A stretch of 64,000 nucleotides of DNA from Candidatus Levyibacteriota bacterium (GTDB taxonomy: Bacteria; Patescibacteriota; Microgenomatia; Levybacterales; UBA12049). How positions within the stretch are numbered: position 1 is the first letter of the stretch; each line of letters starts with the position of its first letter. The position numbers and the translations under genes were made by a program. The notes beneath the pieces were generated by a model. It was given only the letters and a program-made list of their open reading frames with translations. It was not told where the DNA came from and did not search any database. This document shows positions 46,325 to 55,266 of this stretch, one piece after another. The DNA is taken from positions 2,360-66,359 of the forward strand of contig JAGOPV010000002.1 in assembly GCA_017991775.1 (NCBI GenBank), in the 5' to 3' direction.

Positions 46325-47251
46325 ATGAAAAACGTTACATTAGAACAATTATTAGAAGCAGGTAGTCATTTTGGCCACCAAGTTACACGACAGAATCCTA
46401 AAGCTCGTGATTATATCTTCGAATCCCGCGACAATATCCACATTATCGACCTTGCTAAGACTAAAGAAGGTCTCGATGAAGCAGCAGATTTCGTAAAAGC
46501 ACTCGCAACACGAGGTGGAAGCATGATTATTCTTGGCGCAAAGCGCCAGGCTGAGCCTGTGGTAAGAGAGGCTGCACGTCTTGCAAAAGAAAGTGGAGTA
46601 AATGGCCTTTATTTTGTGTCCAATAGATGGATCGGTGGAATTCTCACTAACTATCCAGAAGTTTCTAAGAACTTTAAGAGACTTAAAGAGCTTGAAAAAT
46701 TCATGGATACTCCGTCAGAGAAGGCTCGATTTACAAAGAAGGAAGTCTCAGATATGGAGAAAAAGAGACAGAAACTTGAGAGTTTCTATTGGGGCGTAAA
46801 GGATATGCCTAAAGTTCCAGATGCAGTATTCGTTATTGATACTCACATGGAAGATCTTGCAGTCAAAGAAGCAATTTCTACAAAAGTTACAACTGTTGGT
46901 ATCACAGATACGAATGCAGATCCAACGATCATCGACTATCCAATTCCAGCAAATGATGATGCAGCAGGCTCACTTACTCTTATCGTTAACCACATCGTTG
47001 AGGCGTGGGTAGAAGGTAGAAAGAACATGAAAGATATCGCAGAAAAAGAAGCAGCTGTGGCAGAAAAAGAAGCTAAAAAGGCAGAAGCTGATAAGGAAGT
47101 TGCAGACAAGAAAGCAGTAGCTGATAAAAAGACTGCTGAAGATAAAGCTGTCGCAGATAAAAAATCAGCAGCGGAAAAGACAAAAAAAGACGCAGATAAA
47201 GCTGCAGCAAAGAAACCGAAAACAGAAGACCGAAAACAGAAAACCGAATAA
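46325..47251 (+). CDS. rpsB: 30S ribosomal protein S2 with a Lys/Ala-rich C-terminal extension
   Basis: MKNVTLEQLLEAGSHFGHQVTRQNPKA... conserved S2 N-terminus. Followed by tsf. Confidence 0.9.
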   Translation: MKNVTLEQLLEAGSHFGHQVTRQNPKARDYIFESRDNIHIIDLAKTKEGLDEAADFVKALATRGGSMIILGAKRQAEPVVREAARLAKESGVNGLYFVSNRWIGGILTNYPEVSKNFKRLKELEKFMDTPSEKARFTKKEVSDMEKKRQKLESFYWGVKDMPKVPDAVFVIDTHMEDLAVKEAISTKVTTVGITDTNADPTIIDYPIPANDDAAGSLTLIVNHIVEAWVEGRKNMKDIAEKEAAVAEKEAKKAEADKEVADKKAVADKKTAEDKAVADKKSAAEKTKKDADKAAAKKPKTEDRKQKTE

Positions 47252-47253
47252 TT

Positions 47254-47709
47254 ATGGCATCCGCAAACATTGACCTACTTAAAAAACTCCGAACTGAGAC
47301 TTCAGCATCTATCTCTGATTGTCGATCTGCTCTAGAGCAGACTGAGAATGATTATGATAAGGCTATCGCTTGGCTTAAGAAGCGTGGTCTTGAGAAAGCA
47401 GAGAAGAAATCAGATCGAGAGACAAGCCAAGGGCTAGTAGAGGCATATATCCACAATGGTGGCAAGGTCGGAGCTCTCATCGTTCTTCAGTGCGAGACTG
47501 ATTTCGTTGCAAGAACTGAAGAATTCAAGAATTTAGCAAAAGAAATCGGCATGCAGGTCTCAGCTATGGATCCTGAGACTGTTGAAGAGCTTCTTAAGCA
47601 AGAATATATCAGAGATAGTTCACAAACTATCGATGCACTCATCAAGAGTGTCATTGGTAAGTTGGGTGAAAATATCACACTTCGTGACTTCAAGCGCTTC
47701 GCTATCTAA
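47254..47709 (+). CDS. tsf: elongation factor Ts (short form, 151 aa)
   Basis: N-terminal UBA-like LLKKLRTETSASISDCRSALEQTENDYDKAIAWLKKRG. Synteny rpsB-tsf. Confidence 0.75.
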   Translation: MASANIDLLKKLRTETSASISDCRSALEQTENDYDKAIAWLKKRGLEKAEKKSDRETSQGLVEAYIHNGGKVGALIVLQCETDFVARTEEFKNLAKEIGMQVSAMDPETVEELLKQEYIRDSSQTIDALIKSVIGKLGENITLRDFKRFAI

Positions 47710-47800
47710 ATTAGTTTCATCTTGAATCCCGATTTGATCGGAAGAATCTTGCCAGTATCTAAACTTCCTCAAATCTTTAATACAATCATCGCACCATTCT

Positions 47801-48127
47801 TGTCATGCTGAACTTGTTTCAGCATCTAAATCTAAAAGTCCTGGATTCAAATTTTTTATTAGGTTAAGTTTCCATTCCCTTCGCCAGTTCTTCAGCTGTT
47901 TTTCTCTAGCTATTGCGCTGGTAATATCACTCGTCTCCTCAAAGTACACTAATTTTTTAAGATTATATTTTTTGGTGAAACCATCAATGAGTTCATTCTT
48001 GTGCTCATATACTCTTCGTTCAAGATTATTTGTAACACCAATATAGAGAACTGTATTTGTTGCGTTTGATAATATATAAACAAAGTAGTTATTCATTCGA
48101 GATCCTGAAACAAGTTCAGGATGACAT
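47801..48127. mobile_element. GIY-YIG gene cassette bounded by the double-hairpin palindromic element (candidate mini mobile element or homing cassette)
   Basis: Left end TGTCATGCTGAACTTGTTTCAGCAT (47801-47825). Right end CCTGAAACAAGTTCAGGATGACAT (48104-48127). These have the same architecture as the gene-less copies at 15123 and 38549. The last 9 codons of the GIY-YIG ORF are encoded by the left hairpin. Confidence 0.5.
47803..48096 (-). CDS. GIY-YIG nuclease family protein
   Basis: YFVYIL...LYIGVTNNLERRVYEH...Y..KK is a classic short GIY-YIG domain. Confidence 0.75.
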   Translation of the reverse strand: MNNYFVYILSNATNTVLYIGVTNNLERRVYEHKNELIDGFTKKYNLKKLVYFEETSDITSAIAREKQLKNWRREWKLNLIKNLNPGLLDLDAETSSA

Positions 48128-48164
48128 AAAAGGATAATGGGTTCAACATATAATAAAATTAAGC

Positions 48165-48722
48165 ATGAATAAAATCAAAGTTATTTTTATCCACGGGAAT
48201 GGGGGATCAACGGGGGACGATAATTGGATGCCATCAGTTGCAGAGGAACTAGAAAAGTTGGGCTTGCAAGTCAGTAGAAAAACATTTCCTGATAATGAGA
48301 TGGCACGAAGCGAATATTGGCTACCATACATCAAAGAGCTTGGGGCTGATGAAAATACAATACTTATTGGCCACTCATCTGGTGCTGTTGCTGCCATGAG
48401 GTTTGCTGAGCAACACAAGATTCTTGGCACGGTATTAGTTAGTGCATCATATACCGATCTTGGAGAAGAAAGTGAAAAAATAAGTGGATACTTCGAAATG
48501 CCTTGGGACTGGAAAAAGATTAAGCAAAATCAAAAATTTATAATACAGTTCGCTTCAACGGATGATCCGTATATTCCCATATCAGAAGCACGATATATTC
48601 ATGAGCAGTTGCAGACTGAATATCGCGAATTCAGTGATAAAGGACATTTTGGCTGGGATAAGGAGATCAAAGAATTACCAGAGTTAATCACTGCACTAAA
48701 AATACATATTTCAACTTCCTAG
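48165..48722 (+). CDS. alpha/beta-hydrolase fold serine esterase (YdeN/RBBP9-like)
   Basis: IFIHGNGGS... nucleophile elbow GHSSG and a C-terminal D/H. Confidence 0.55.
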   Translation: MNKIKVIFIHGNGGSTGDDNWMPSVAEELEKLGLQVSRKTFPDNEMARSEYWLPYIKELGADENTILIGHSSGAVAAMRFAEQHKILGTVLVSASYTDLGEESEKISGYFEMPWDWKKIKQNQKFIIQFASTDDPYIPISEARYIHEQLQTEYREFSDKGHFGWDKEIKELPELITALKIHISTS

Positions 48723-48765
48723 TTTCTTTTTTCTGATAAAAAATCTGTGTTATACTTTTTTCCAT

Positions 48766-49482
48766 ATGAGTGAATTTGGTAGCTTGCGCGAGATTCAGGG
48801 TGAAGATCAGGAGATAATTGTCTCAGAGACCGCCTCAGCCGAGATGGCTGACAAGTTGCGCGGATTAGTGGAGAATGCAAAAGGTGTTTTTGAGAAAAAA
48901 CGAGTACTACCAACAATGCGAACTATGTCCAAAATTCTTAAGCATGTTAACCCGTATGTTGAAGTAGGAATTACAAAAGGTAATGGAGAAAGTAAGCCTT
49001 ATGCAGTCTGGCGAGTTGATACTCGCGAAATTCCGCTTAAGGGAGCTACATCAATAGATGGGCCACTCTGGACATCGCGTGGAGTTATGACTCAGCTGGA
49101 TAAAGATGGTGAAGGGATGAGGATATTTTATTCAGCACCAAAAAATAGTGCTGATAGCGATCTTTTGCCTGGATCTTCACAGCAAGATCAGCTTCGAGTT
49201 GCGCACGAATCGGGCTATCTACTGACTCATACTGGCATGGAGGCGATCAATCCAAGCGGAGTAAATTATCGCTGGAAAGAGTTGCGACCTGGTCAGACAT
49301 TTCAGGAGTATTCACAAGCCCAGGAAGGCGAGGGTAAAGACGTGACCATCGCGACTGAGCTACTTGCTGCATATAGAGAAAGTTCACAGCTTCATGATGG
49401 TCGAGTGGGTGAAGACCTAGAAAATTTATCAGGGTCTCAGTTTGGGAGTAGCGCTGTTGCGTACCAATCAATCCTTAAATAG
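48766..49482 (+). CDS. hypothetical protein
   Basis: 238 aa with no recognised motif. Confidence 0.35.
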   Translation: MSEFGSLREIQGEDQEIIVSETASAEMADKLRGLVENAKGVFEKKRVLPTMRTMSKILKHVNPYVEVGITKGNGESKPYAVWRVDTREIPLKGATSIDGPLWTSRGVMTQLDKDGEGMRIFYSAPKNSADSDLLPGSSQQDQLRVAHESGYLLTHTGMEAINPSGVNYRWKELRPGQTFQEYSQAQEGEGKDVTIATELLAAYRESSQLHDGRVGEDLENLSGSQFGSSAVAYQSILK

Positions 49483-50044
49483 CGAGGAGTTCTTCAGACT
49501 TTTGTTTACCAAGATTTTCAATCATTGCGATTGAGTCATCCACGATTTTTTGTACATCTTTTTCCATTCTCTCCTTATCATCATCTGACATACCATCAGA
49601 ATCCTTTTTAAGATTGTTCATAGCATCATGTCGTGCTTGTCTGATCATGACTTTTCCGTTCTCCAATTTGTGCTGCATCATTTTGATAAGTTCTTCGCGT
49701 CGCTCAGTTGAGAGTGGAGGGATATTGATGCGAAGTACATTGCCGTCATCAACCGGATTGAGTCCGGACCCTGCCTCCATGATACCTTTTCGAATATCGT
49801 CTCGAGTCGAGGGATCAAATGGTGTAATAACAAGTGTCTGAGAATCAGACGTCATGATAGTTGCGAGTTCAAGAACGCGAAGTTTTGTGGATCCGCCATA
49901 GGTGACAATCTGGATATTTTCAACAAGCGTAGGTGATGCACGACCAGTTCGAATGGTCGCCACATCTGTCTTAATGAGATCGAGGATTTTTTGAATTTGG
50001 GTTGTTAGCTCAGTTGTTGCGTCCATACACTGATTATAGCACAC
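49475..50044 (-). CDS. frr: ribosome recycling factor
   Basis: Conserved RRF helices (…TGRASPTLVENIQIVTYG…LTEERRKEL-like). Confidence 0.85.
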   Translation of the reverse strand: MCYNQCMDATTELTTQIQKILDLIKTDVATIRTGRASPTLVENIQIVTYGGSTKLRVLELATIMTSDSQTLVITPFDPSTRDDIRKGIMEAGSGLNPVDDGNVLRINIPPLSTERREELIKMMQHKLENGKVMIRQARHDAMNNLKKDSDGMSDDDKERMEKDVQKIVDDSIAMIENLGKQKSEELLAI

Positions 50045-50064
50045 CTATGCTATAATCTATTTTC

Positions 50065-51288
50065 ATGCTAGTAACACTTCTTATCTTCTTTCTCGTCCTC
50101 AGCATTCTTGTTCTTATCCACGAACTCGGTCATTTTCTAGTCGCCAAAAAACTTAATATAAAAGTAGAAGAGTTTGGATTTGGTTTTCCACCCAGAGTCT
50201 GGGGGATCAGAAGAGGTGAGACTCTTTACTCCATCAATCTATTGCCAATTGGAGGCTTCGTAAAGCTCTTTGGTGAAGATGATGCAGGGGGAGGCAAGGT
50301 GAGTTTGCCAGTAGACAGTAATAAGAAGAAAGTATTAAGCAAAAATGTAAAACATACTACATCCTACAAACTACCTTCTACTGATATAAAGCGAGCTTTT
50401 TTTGCACGATCAGTCGGTCAGAGAGCTGCAGTAGTATTGGCTGGTGTCATTATGAACGTTCTCCTGGCTGTCATAATTTTTTATGCTTACCTTCTCGTCT
50501 CTGGATTTAAAGCAGAGTTGCCATTGATCGGCTCGCATACTTTCTTTGGTGTTACGCAGACGACAAAAAGTGATGTCTTTATCAATGGGGTTGCGAAGAA
50601 TTCTCCAGCAGAGAAGGCTGGTATCCCTTCATTAGTTCTCTTAAAGACTGTGAATGGTAAAGAAATAAAGACAGTTTCTGAGTTCACCTCAGTCATCAAA
50701 AAAGATGCAGGAACTGAGGTCACTCTGACAATGCTTGATAGTCAGACGAAAAAAATCATAACTCGCAAAGTGACGCCTCGAAAAGATCCGCCGAAGGGTC
50801 AAGGGGCTCTCGGCGTAACGCTCTTTGCAGCTGATACTGCTGTACTGACATATGCAACTCCAGCTCAGAAGGTCTTTTCAGGTTTTATTCATCCCGCCAA
50901 TTTAATGGCGTATAACTTAGATATCTTTGCCAAACTTGCAAGAGTAGCTATCGAGAAAAAAGATGCAGCTCCATTATCAGAAGGCGTAGCAGGTCCTGTA
51001 GGAATTTATTCAGTCGTTGGTACCATCGTCCAGATTCCAGACTTAAAAGAGCGATCTCTGCAGCTGCTTAACTTAGCAGGATTGCTTTCGATCTCCCTAG
51101 CTTTCTTTAACGTTTTGCCTATCCCTGCACTTGATGGTGGAAGATTATTTTTCATTGTTGTTGAGGCAATTACTCGTAGAAAGGTCAACGCAAAGTTTGA
51201 GACAGTGGTGCATACAATTGGTATGGCTGTACTTTTGCTCCTCATAGTTCTTGTGACCTTTAAAGACGTCTTCCAATTTATCCTCTAA
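50065..51288 (+). CDS. rseP: RIP zinc metalloprotease RseP (site-2 protease) with PDZ domain
   Basis: HELGHFLVAKK HExxH motif, a PDZ region, and the C-terminal LDGG motif (PIPALDGGRLFF). Confidence 0.75.
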   Translation: MLVTLLIFFLVLSILVLIHELGHFLVAKKLNIKVEEFGFGFPPRVWGIRRGETLYSINLLPIGGFVKLFGEDDAGGGKVSLPVDSNKKKVLSKNVKHTTSYKLPSTDIKRAFFARSVGQRAAVVLAGVIMNVLLAVIIFYAYLLVSGFKAELPLIGSHTFFGVTQTTKSDVFINGVAKNSPAEKAGIPSLVLLKTVNGKEIKTVSEFTSVIKKDAGTEVTLTMLDSQTKKIITRKVTPRKDPPKGQGALGVTLFAADTAVLTYATPAQKVFSGFIHPANLMAYNLDIFAKLARVAIEKKDAAPLSEGVAGPVGIYSVVGTIVQIPDLKERSLQLLNLAGLLSISLAFFNVLPIPALDGGRLFFIVVEAITRRKVNAKFETVVHTIGMAVLLLLIVLVTFKDVFQFIL

Positions 51289-51333
51289 CAATTAGATATT
51301 AAGATACTCCGATACTAGGATATTCTGGGCAAT

Positions 51334-51385
51334 TTATCAGTTCTCAATATCTCAATATCGCAATATCTGGGTCTTATGATATACT
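51334..51385 (+). promoter_or_regulatory. leaderless-type promoter module: ATCAGTTCTC + (CAATATC)x3 tandem repeats + TATACT, 6 nt before the ATG
   Basis: TTATCAGTTCTCAATATCTCAATATCGCAATATC then TATACT at 51380-51385 and the ATG at 51392. Confidence 0.45.
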
Positions 51386-51391
51386 CTCCAT

Positions 51392-52534
51392 ATGGCTGAG
51401 AAGAAAAATACATTACTAGGACCAATTGAGCTTGCCAAGAGTGCATACGAGATGTTCAAGCTTCGTTTTTGGACGATGGCTGGAATTTCACTGATCTCTT
51501 TTGGTATAGCACTTCTTGGTGCTATTGTTTTTGCTATTCTTGGGGTTGCAGGATTTTTTCTCACAGGTGCAAAATTTGAAGGCCCAACAATTGGAACACT
51601 AGGGCTTCTTGGAATATTGGCGATCGTGCTTATTATCGCTTTTTCCAATCTGGTTCAGGGTGCATACCTCATCGCACTTCGTGACTGGAAAGATACAGGT
51701 GCCAAAAAAGCACTCAATGAAGCGAAGAAGTTTGTTGTACCTCTTTTCCTCACAGGACTTATCCAAGGGCTTCTTATTTTTGGCGGATATTTTCTACTCT
51801 TTGTACCAGCTTTTATTTTTGCAATTTGGTTCTCATTTGTCTCATACATTGTGATTGTTGAGGGTAAATCAGGCCTAGCAGCACTCCATACGAGTCGAGA
51901 GTATGTGAGAGGAAGATTCTGGGGAATTCTAGGTCGAATGATTGTGGTCTATTTGCCTGAGTGGATCATCATGATCACCCTCGCATCTTTTACAAAGAAT
52001 TCTCAGGGCGAAGGTCTTTATGGATTATTTCAGTTTGCAAAGATCATCCTCGCGCCTTTCTATATGATGTATATGTTTAGGCTTTATGAGAATGTTCGAG
52101 ATACAGCTGGAAAAGTCACACTCCCAGTGCCAAGTAAAAATAAAATTGTTTATTTTGCATCTCCAATCTTGGGTTATATTGTTCTCGCAGCAGCGATCGT
52201 CGGGCTTATTTCTATCGCGCCAAAACTCATGGAGATCGGCTCGCAGTATGCAATGCAGAGCGGGATGCTGCCTAACAAAACAGGGCAGATCAAGCCATCT
52301 ACAACTATTATGTATGGGATTGTTCAGTACTATGGTGCAAAGGGAAGTTTTCCAATTGAGCTTGAGGATCTAGTGACAGCAGATATATTACCCTCTATTC
52401 CAAATGAAGAGAGTTCAGGGCTTCCATATCAGTACACGATGCTTGAAGAAGGAAAAGATTTTAAGCTCTGTACTCCAGCTGGCGTGACCCCAGTTAAATG
52501 CGTTACTCCAAAATCAGAGAGCTTTGATCTCTAG
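51392..52534 (+). CDS. hypothetical polytopic membrane protein with a C-terminal extracytoplasmic domain
   Basis: 380 aa. About 6 TM helices, then a soluble C-terminal domain. Confidence 0.4.
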   Translation: MAEKKNTLLGPIELAKSAYEMFKLRFWTMAGISLISFGIALLGAIVFAILGVAGFFLTGAKFEGPTIGTLGLLGILAIVLIIAFSNLVQGAYLIALRDWKDTGAKKALNEAKKFVVPLFLTGLIQGLLIFGGYFLLFVPAFIFAIWFSFVSYIVIVEGKSGLAALHTSREYVRGRFWGILGRMIVVYLPEWIIMITLASFTKNSQGEGLYGLFQFAKIILAPFYMMYMFRLYENVRDTAGKVTLPVPSKNKIVYFASPILGYIVLAAAIVGLISIAPKLMEIGSQYAMQSGMLPNKTGQIKPSTTIMYGIVQYYGAKGSFPIELEDLVTADILPSIPNEESSGLPYQYTMLEEGKDFKLCTPAGVTPVKCVTPKSESFDL

Positions 52535-52570
52535 TGTGTCTTGCCCAAATATGGTATACATATTTGATCT

Positions 52571-53353
52571 ATGATGGACGAACTCCACGGAATTTTGACC
52601 TCTCAGAACTACCCATTTCATCTCGTTGATGGTATTACTGTATCAAGAGCTATAACAAAGTATGAGGGACTTAGGTTGGCTCGCGATGTACTATATAACA
52701 TAGTTGATAGGAAAACAGTTCTCTATTTATCTGGTGGAAGTCTACGCAGTCTTTATGAAAATTTTGCAAAAGATAAACAGATCTCACCGGGCGCATTAGC
52801 TCTTGTTGATGAGAGATATGGTCAGCGTTGGCACAACATTAGCAATGAAAAATTGATTCAAGATTCAGGGCTTCTAGATTATACTAACTCACTTGAGGTC
52901 CCATTTTATCCAATTCTTCAGGATCCTCAGCAAGATTTAGATCAAACAGCTAAAAATTATGACATGACCATCAGTTATCTCTTTGCTGGATTTCCCAAAA
53001 GTATTGGACTGCTTGGAGTCGGAAAAGATGGTCACACTGCAGGGATCGCACCACACCGTCAAAGCTTCGCGGGGCAAGCTGAGTTTAATAACCCTCTTTT
53101 TGATGTCGAGCAAAAGTTACGACTTGCTTCGTCCTTTAGTGATCTTTCAGGGCCTTTTAAAGAGCGAGTTACGATGACATTTACTGGACTCGCCTTGATA
53201 AATATTTATATCGTTCTAGTTTTTGGTGAGGACAAAGAAGAGGCATTAAAGAAAATGTTTGAAGATGGATCCGAAGAGGAAGTGCCAGCAAGATTTTTTA
53301 GAAGACCGGAAGTGGCACGAAGAACGCTTCTCATCACCGATCAGAAAGTATAA
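52571..53353 (+). CDS. pgl: 6-phosphogluconolactonase
   Basis: LSGGS...LALVDERYG and GVGKDGHTAGI match the Pgl/DevB motifs. Followed by zwf. Confidence 0.6.
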   Translation: MMDELHGILTSQNYPFHLVDGITVSRAITKYEGLRLARDVLYNIVDRKTVLYLSGGSLRSLYENFAKDKQISPGALALVDERYGQRWHNISNEKLIQDSGLLDYTNSLEVPFYPILQDPQQDLDQTAKNYDMTISYLFAGFPKSIGLLGVGKDGHTAGIAPHRQSFAGQAEFNNPLFDVEQKLRLASSFSDLSGPFKERVTMTFTGLALINIYIVLVFGEDKEEALKKMFEDGSEEEVPARFFRRPEVARRTLLITDQKV

Positions 53354-53425
53354 GATGGAATATAGCGTATAGCGTATAGCGTATAGATAATAGTTTTGCC
53401 ATTTGCCATACGCGGTGCTAAATTC

Positions 53426-54835
53426 ATGAACAACCCTTTCATCATTGTCATCTTTGGAGCTACAGGCGATCTGACTCGCGCCAAACTTTTGCCATCGCTT
53501 TTTAATCTATTTAAGAAGGGGATGCTGCCAAAGGATTTTTATATCTATGGATTCGCTCGGCGAGATCTTAAGAATGAGGACTTTCACGCTCTCTTTCCAA
53601 AATTATCAAGTGAGGTTCATTGGGAGGATTTTATTAAGCATCTCTACTATCAACAGGGGAATTTCTCAGAACTTCAAGGGTATCAGGAGCTGATCACCAA
53701 ATTGTCGCGGATTGAGAAAAAAGATGGGGTCGAAATTCCAAAGATTTTTTATCTCGCGACACCCCCAGTTCACTACGAAGAAATTCTCTCAAAACTAGAG
53801 GAAACGAAATTGTCAGATCGGACATCTTCGAGAATTGCAATTGAAAAGCCATTTGGCAAGGACCTTGCAACAGCCAAGCATTTAGATAGTAGACTCTCAG
53901 ACATTTTTGAAGAGCACCAGATATTTCGGGTTGATCACTATCTTGGCAAGGAGAACGTGCAGAATATGTTGGCGTTTAGATTTGCAAATGGCATTTTTGA
54001 GCCGGTCTGGAATAATAAATTTATAGATCATATTCAGGTGACAATGAGTGAGAAAAATGGTATCGGAACTAGGGGAAAATTTTTTGATGGTGTCGGTAAT
54101 CTTCGTGACGTTGCCCAGAATCATCTCCTGCAGTTGGTAGCAGCGGTGGCGATGGAGCAGCCAAAATCATTTACAAAAGAGGATGTGAGAGATGCTCGAG
54201 CAAAGGCTATATCATCGATCATGCCGATAGCCTCTGAGTCGATTGGTACACGCGTGGTCAGGGGGCAGTACAATACATATCGAAATGAGAAAGATGTAGC
54301 TAGTGACTCTGATACTGAGACATATGTTGCTTTAAAATTTGAGATGGATACGCCAAGAATGAAAGGTGTTCCTATTTATTTAAGAGCAGGCAAAAAAATG
54401 AATAGAGATATTGTTGAGATTTCCATTGTCTTTATTCAGACTTGTCATGTGCTATTTAAGGAATACGGATGTCCAGAAATTGGTAATGTTATCACTATTC
54501 GTATCCAGCCAGATGAAGGTATAAAGATGAGATTTATTGCCAAGACTCCTGGTAGCAAGTTGTCGCTCCAACCGGTTGAAATGAGTTTTGATTATGAGCA
54601 TGGATTTGGCAACAAGGGGCTGGATGCATATGAGAAAGTTCTTGAGGATATTCTCAATGGTGACCAGATGCTTTTTAATAGGTCAGATGAACTTCAAAGT
54701 TCTTGGGAATTTATTACCAACATCTTGCATGAATGGAATCCATCAAATGCACCGATATATTCATATGAAGATAGCTCAGATGGGCCAAGCGAAGCAGATG
54801 ATTTGATTGAGAGAGATGGGAGAAAATGGCTGTAG
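53426..54835 (+). CDS. zwf: glucose-6-phosphate 1-dehydrogenase
   Basis: NADP motif IFGATGDLTRAKL. Active-site RVDHYLGKE. The ORF-track start at 53396 is probably too early; MNNPF at 53426 is preferred. Confidence 0.85.
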   Translation: MNNPFIIVIFGATGDLTRAKLLPSLFNLFKKGMLPKDFYIYGFARRDLKNEDFHALFPKLSSEVHWEDFIKHLYYQQGNFSELQGYQELITKLSRIEKKDGVEIPKIFYLATPPVHYEEILSKLEETKLSDRTSSRIAIEKPFGKDLATAKHLDSRLSDIFEEHQIFRVDHYLGKENVQNMLAFRFANGIFEPVWNNKFIDHIQVTMSEKNGIGTRGKFFDGVGNLRDVAQNHLLQLVAAVAMEQPKSFTKEDVRDARAKAISSIMPIASESIGTRVVRGQYNTYRNEKDVASDSDTETYVALKFEMDTPRMKGVPIYLRAGKKMNRDIVEISIVFIQTCHVLFKEYGCPEIGNVITIRIQPDEGIKMRFIAKTPGSKLSLQPVEMSFDYEHGFGNKGLDAYEKVLEDILNGDQMLFNRSDELQSSWEFITNILHEWNPSNAPIYSYEDSSDGPSEADDLIERDGRKWL

Positions 54836-54865
54836 TTCTGTAGTAGGTAGTATGTAGAAAGTAGT

Positions 54866-55243
54866 ATGCTAATTGCTAAAATTAAATCTTTTACTGATCT
54901 TCATGCTTGGCAAGAAGGACACCTATTAGTGTTGGATATTTATAAGATTACAAAAACTTTCCCAGTAGATGAGCGATTTGGATTGATTGACCAAATGAGA
55001 CGGTGCTCGGTATCAATAACTAGCAATATAGCGGAAGGATTTTCAAGAAAGGGGAAAAAAGAAAAGATTCAATTTCTTTTTTTGGCATTAGGATCATTGA
55101 CAGAACTACAGAACCAACTATTAGTTGCAAGGGATGTCGGATATATTTCTCATGAGTTGTTCAAACGATTGGCAGACAAGACAGTTGTTATTAGTAAGTT
55201 GACTAACGGTCTTATAAAAAGTTCTCATATACATACTACATGA
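54866..55243 (+). CDS. four-helix-bundle protein (23S rRNA IVS protein family), second copy
   Basis: AWQEGHLLVLDIY...FGLIDQMRRCSVSITSNIAEGFSR. Inserted between zwf and gnd. Confidence 0.6.
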   Translation: MLIAKIKSFTDLHAWQEGHLLVLDIYKITKTFPVDERFGLIDQMRRCSVSITSNIAEGFSRKGKKEKIQFLFLALGSLTELQNQLLVARDVGYISHELFKRLADKTVVISKLTNGLIKSSHIHTT

Positions 55244-55266
55244 AACATTCTACTTACTACTAAAAT

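Noticed and set aside
47215-47251. AAACCGAAAAC-type repeats at the 3' end of rpsB resembling the AAAACCG promoter repeats
   Set aside because: They encode the Lys-rich tail (KKPKTEDRKQKTE) of S2. The similarity to the regulatory heptamers is most simply compositional.
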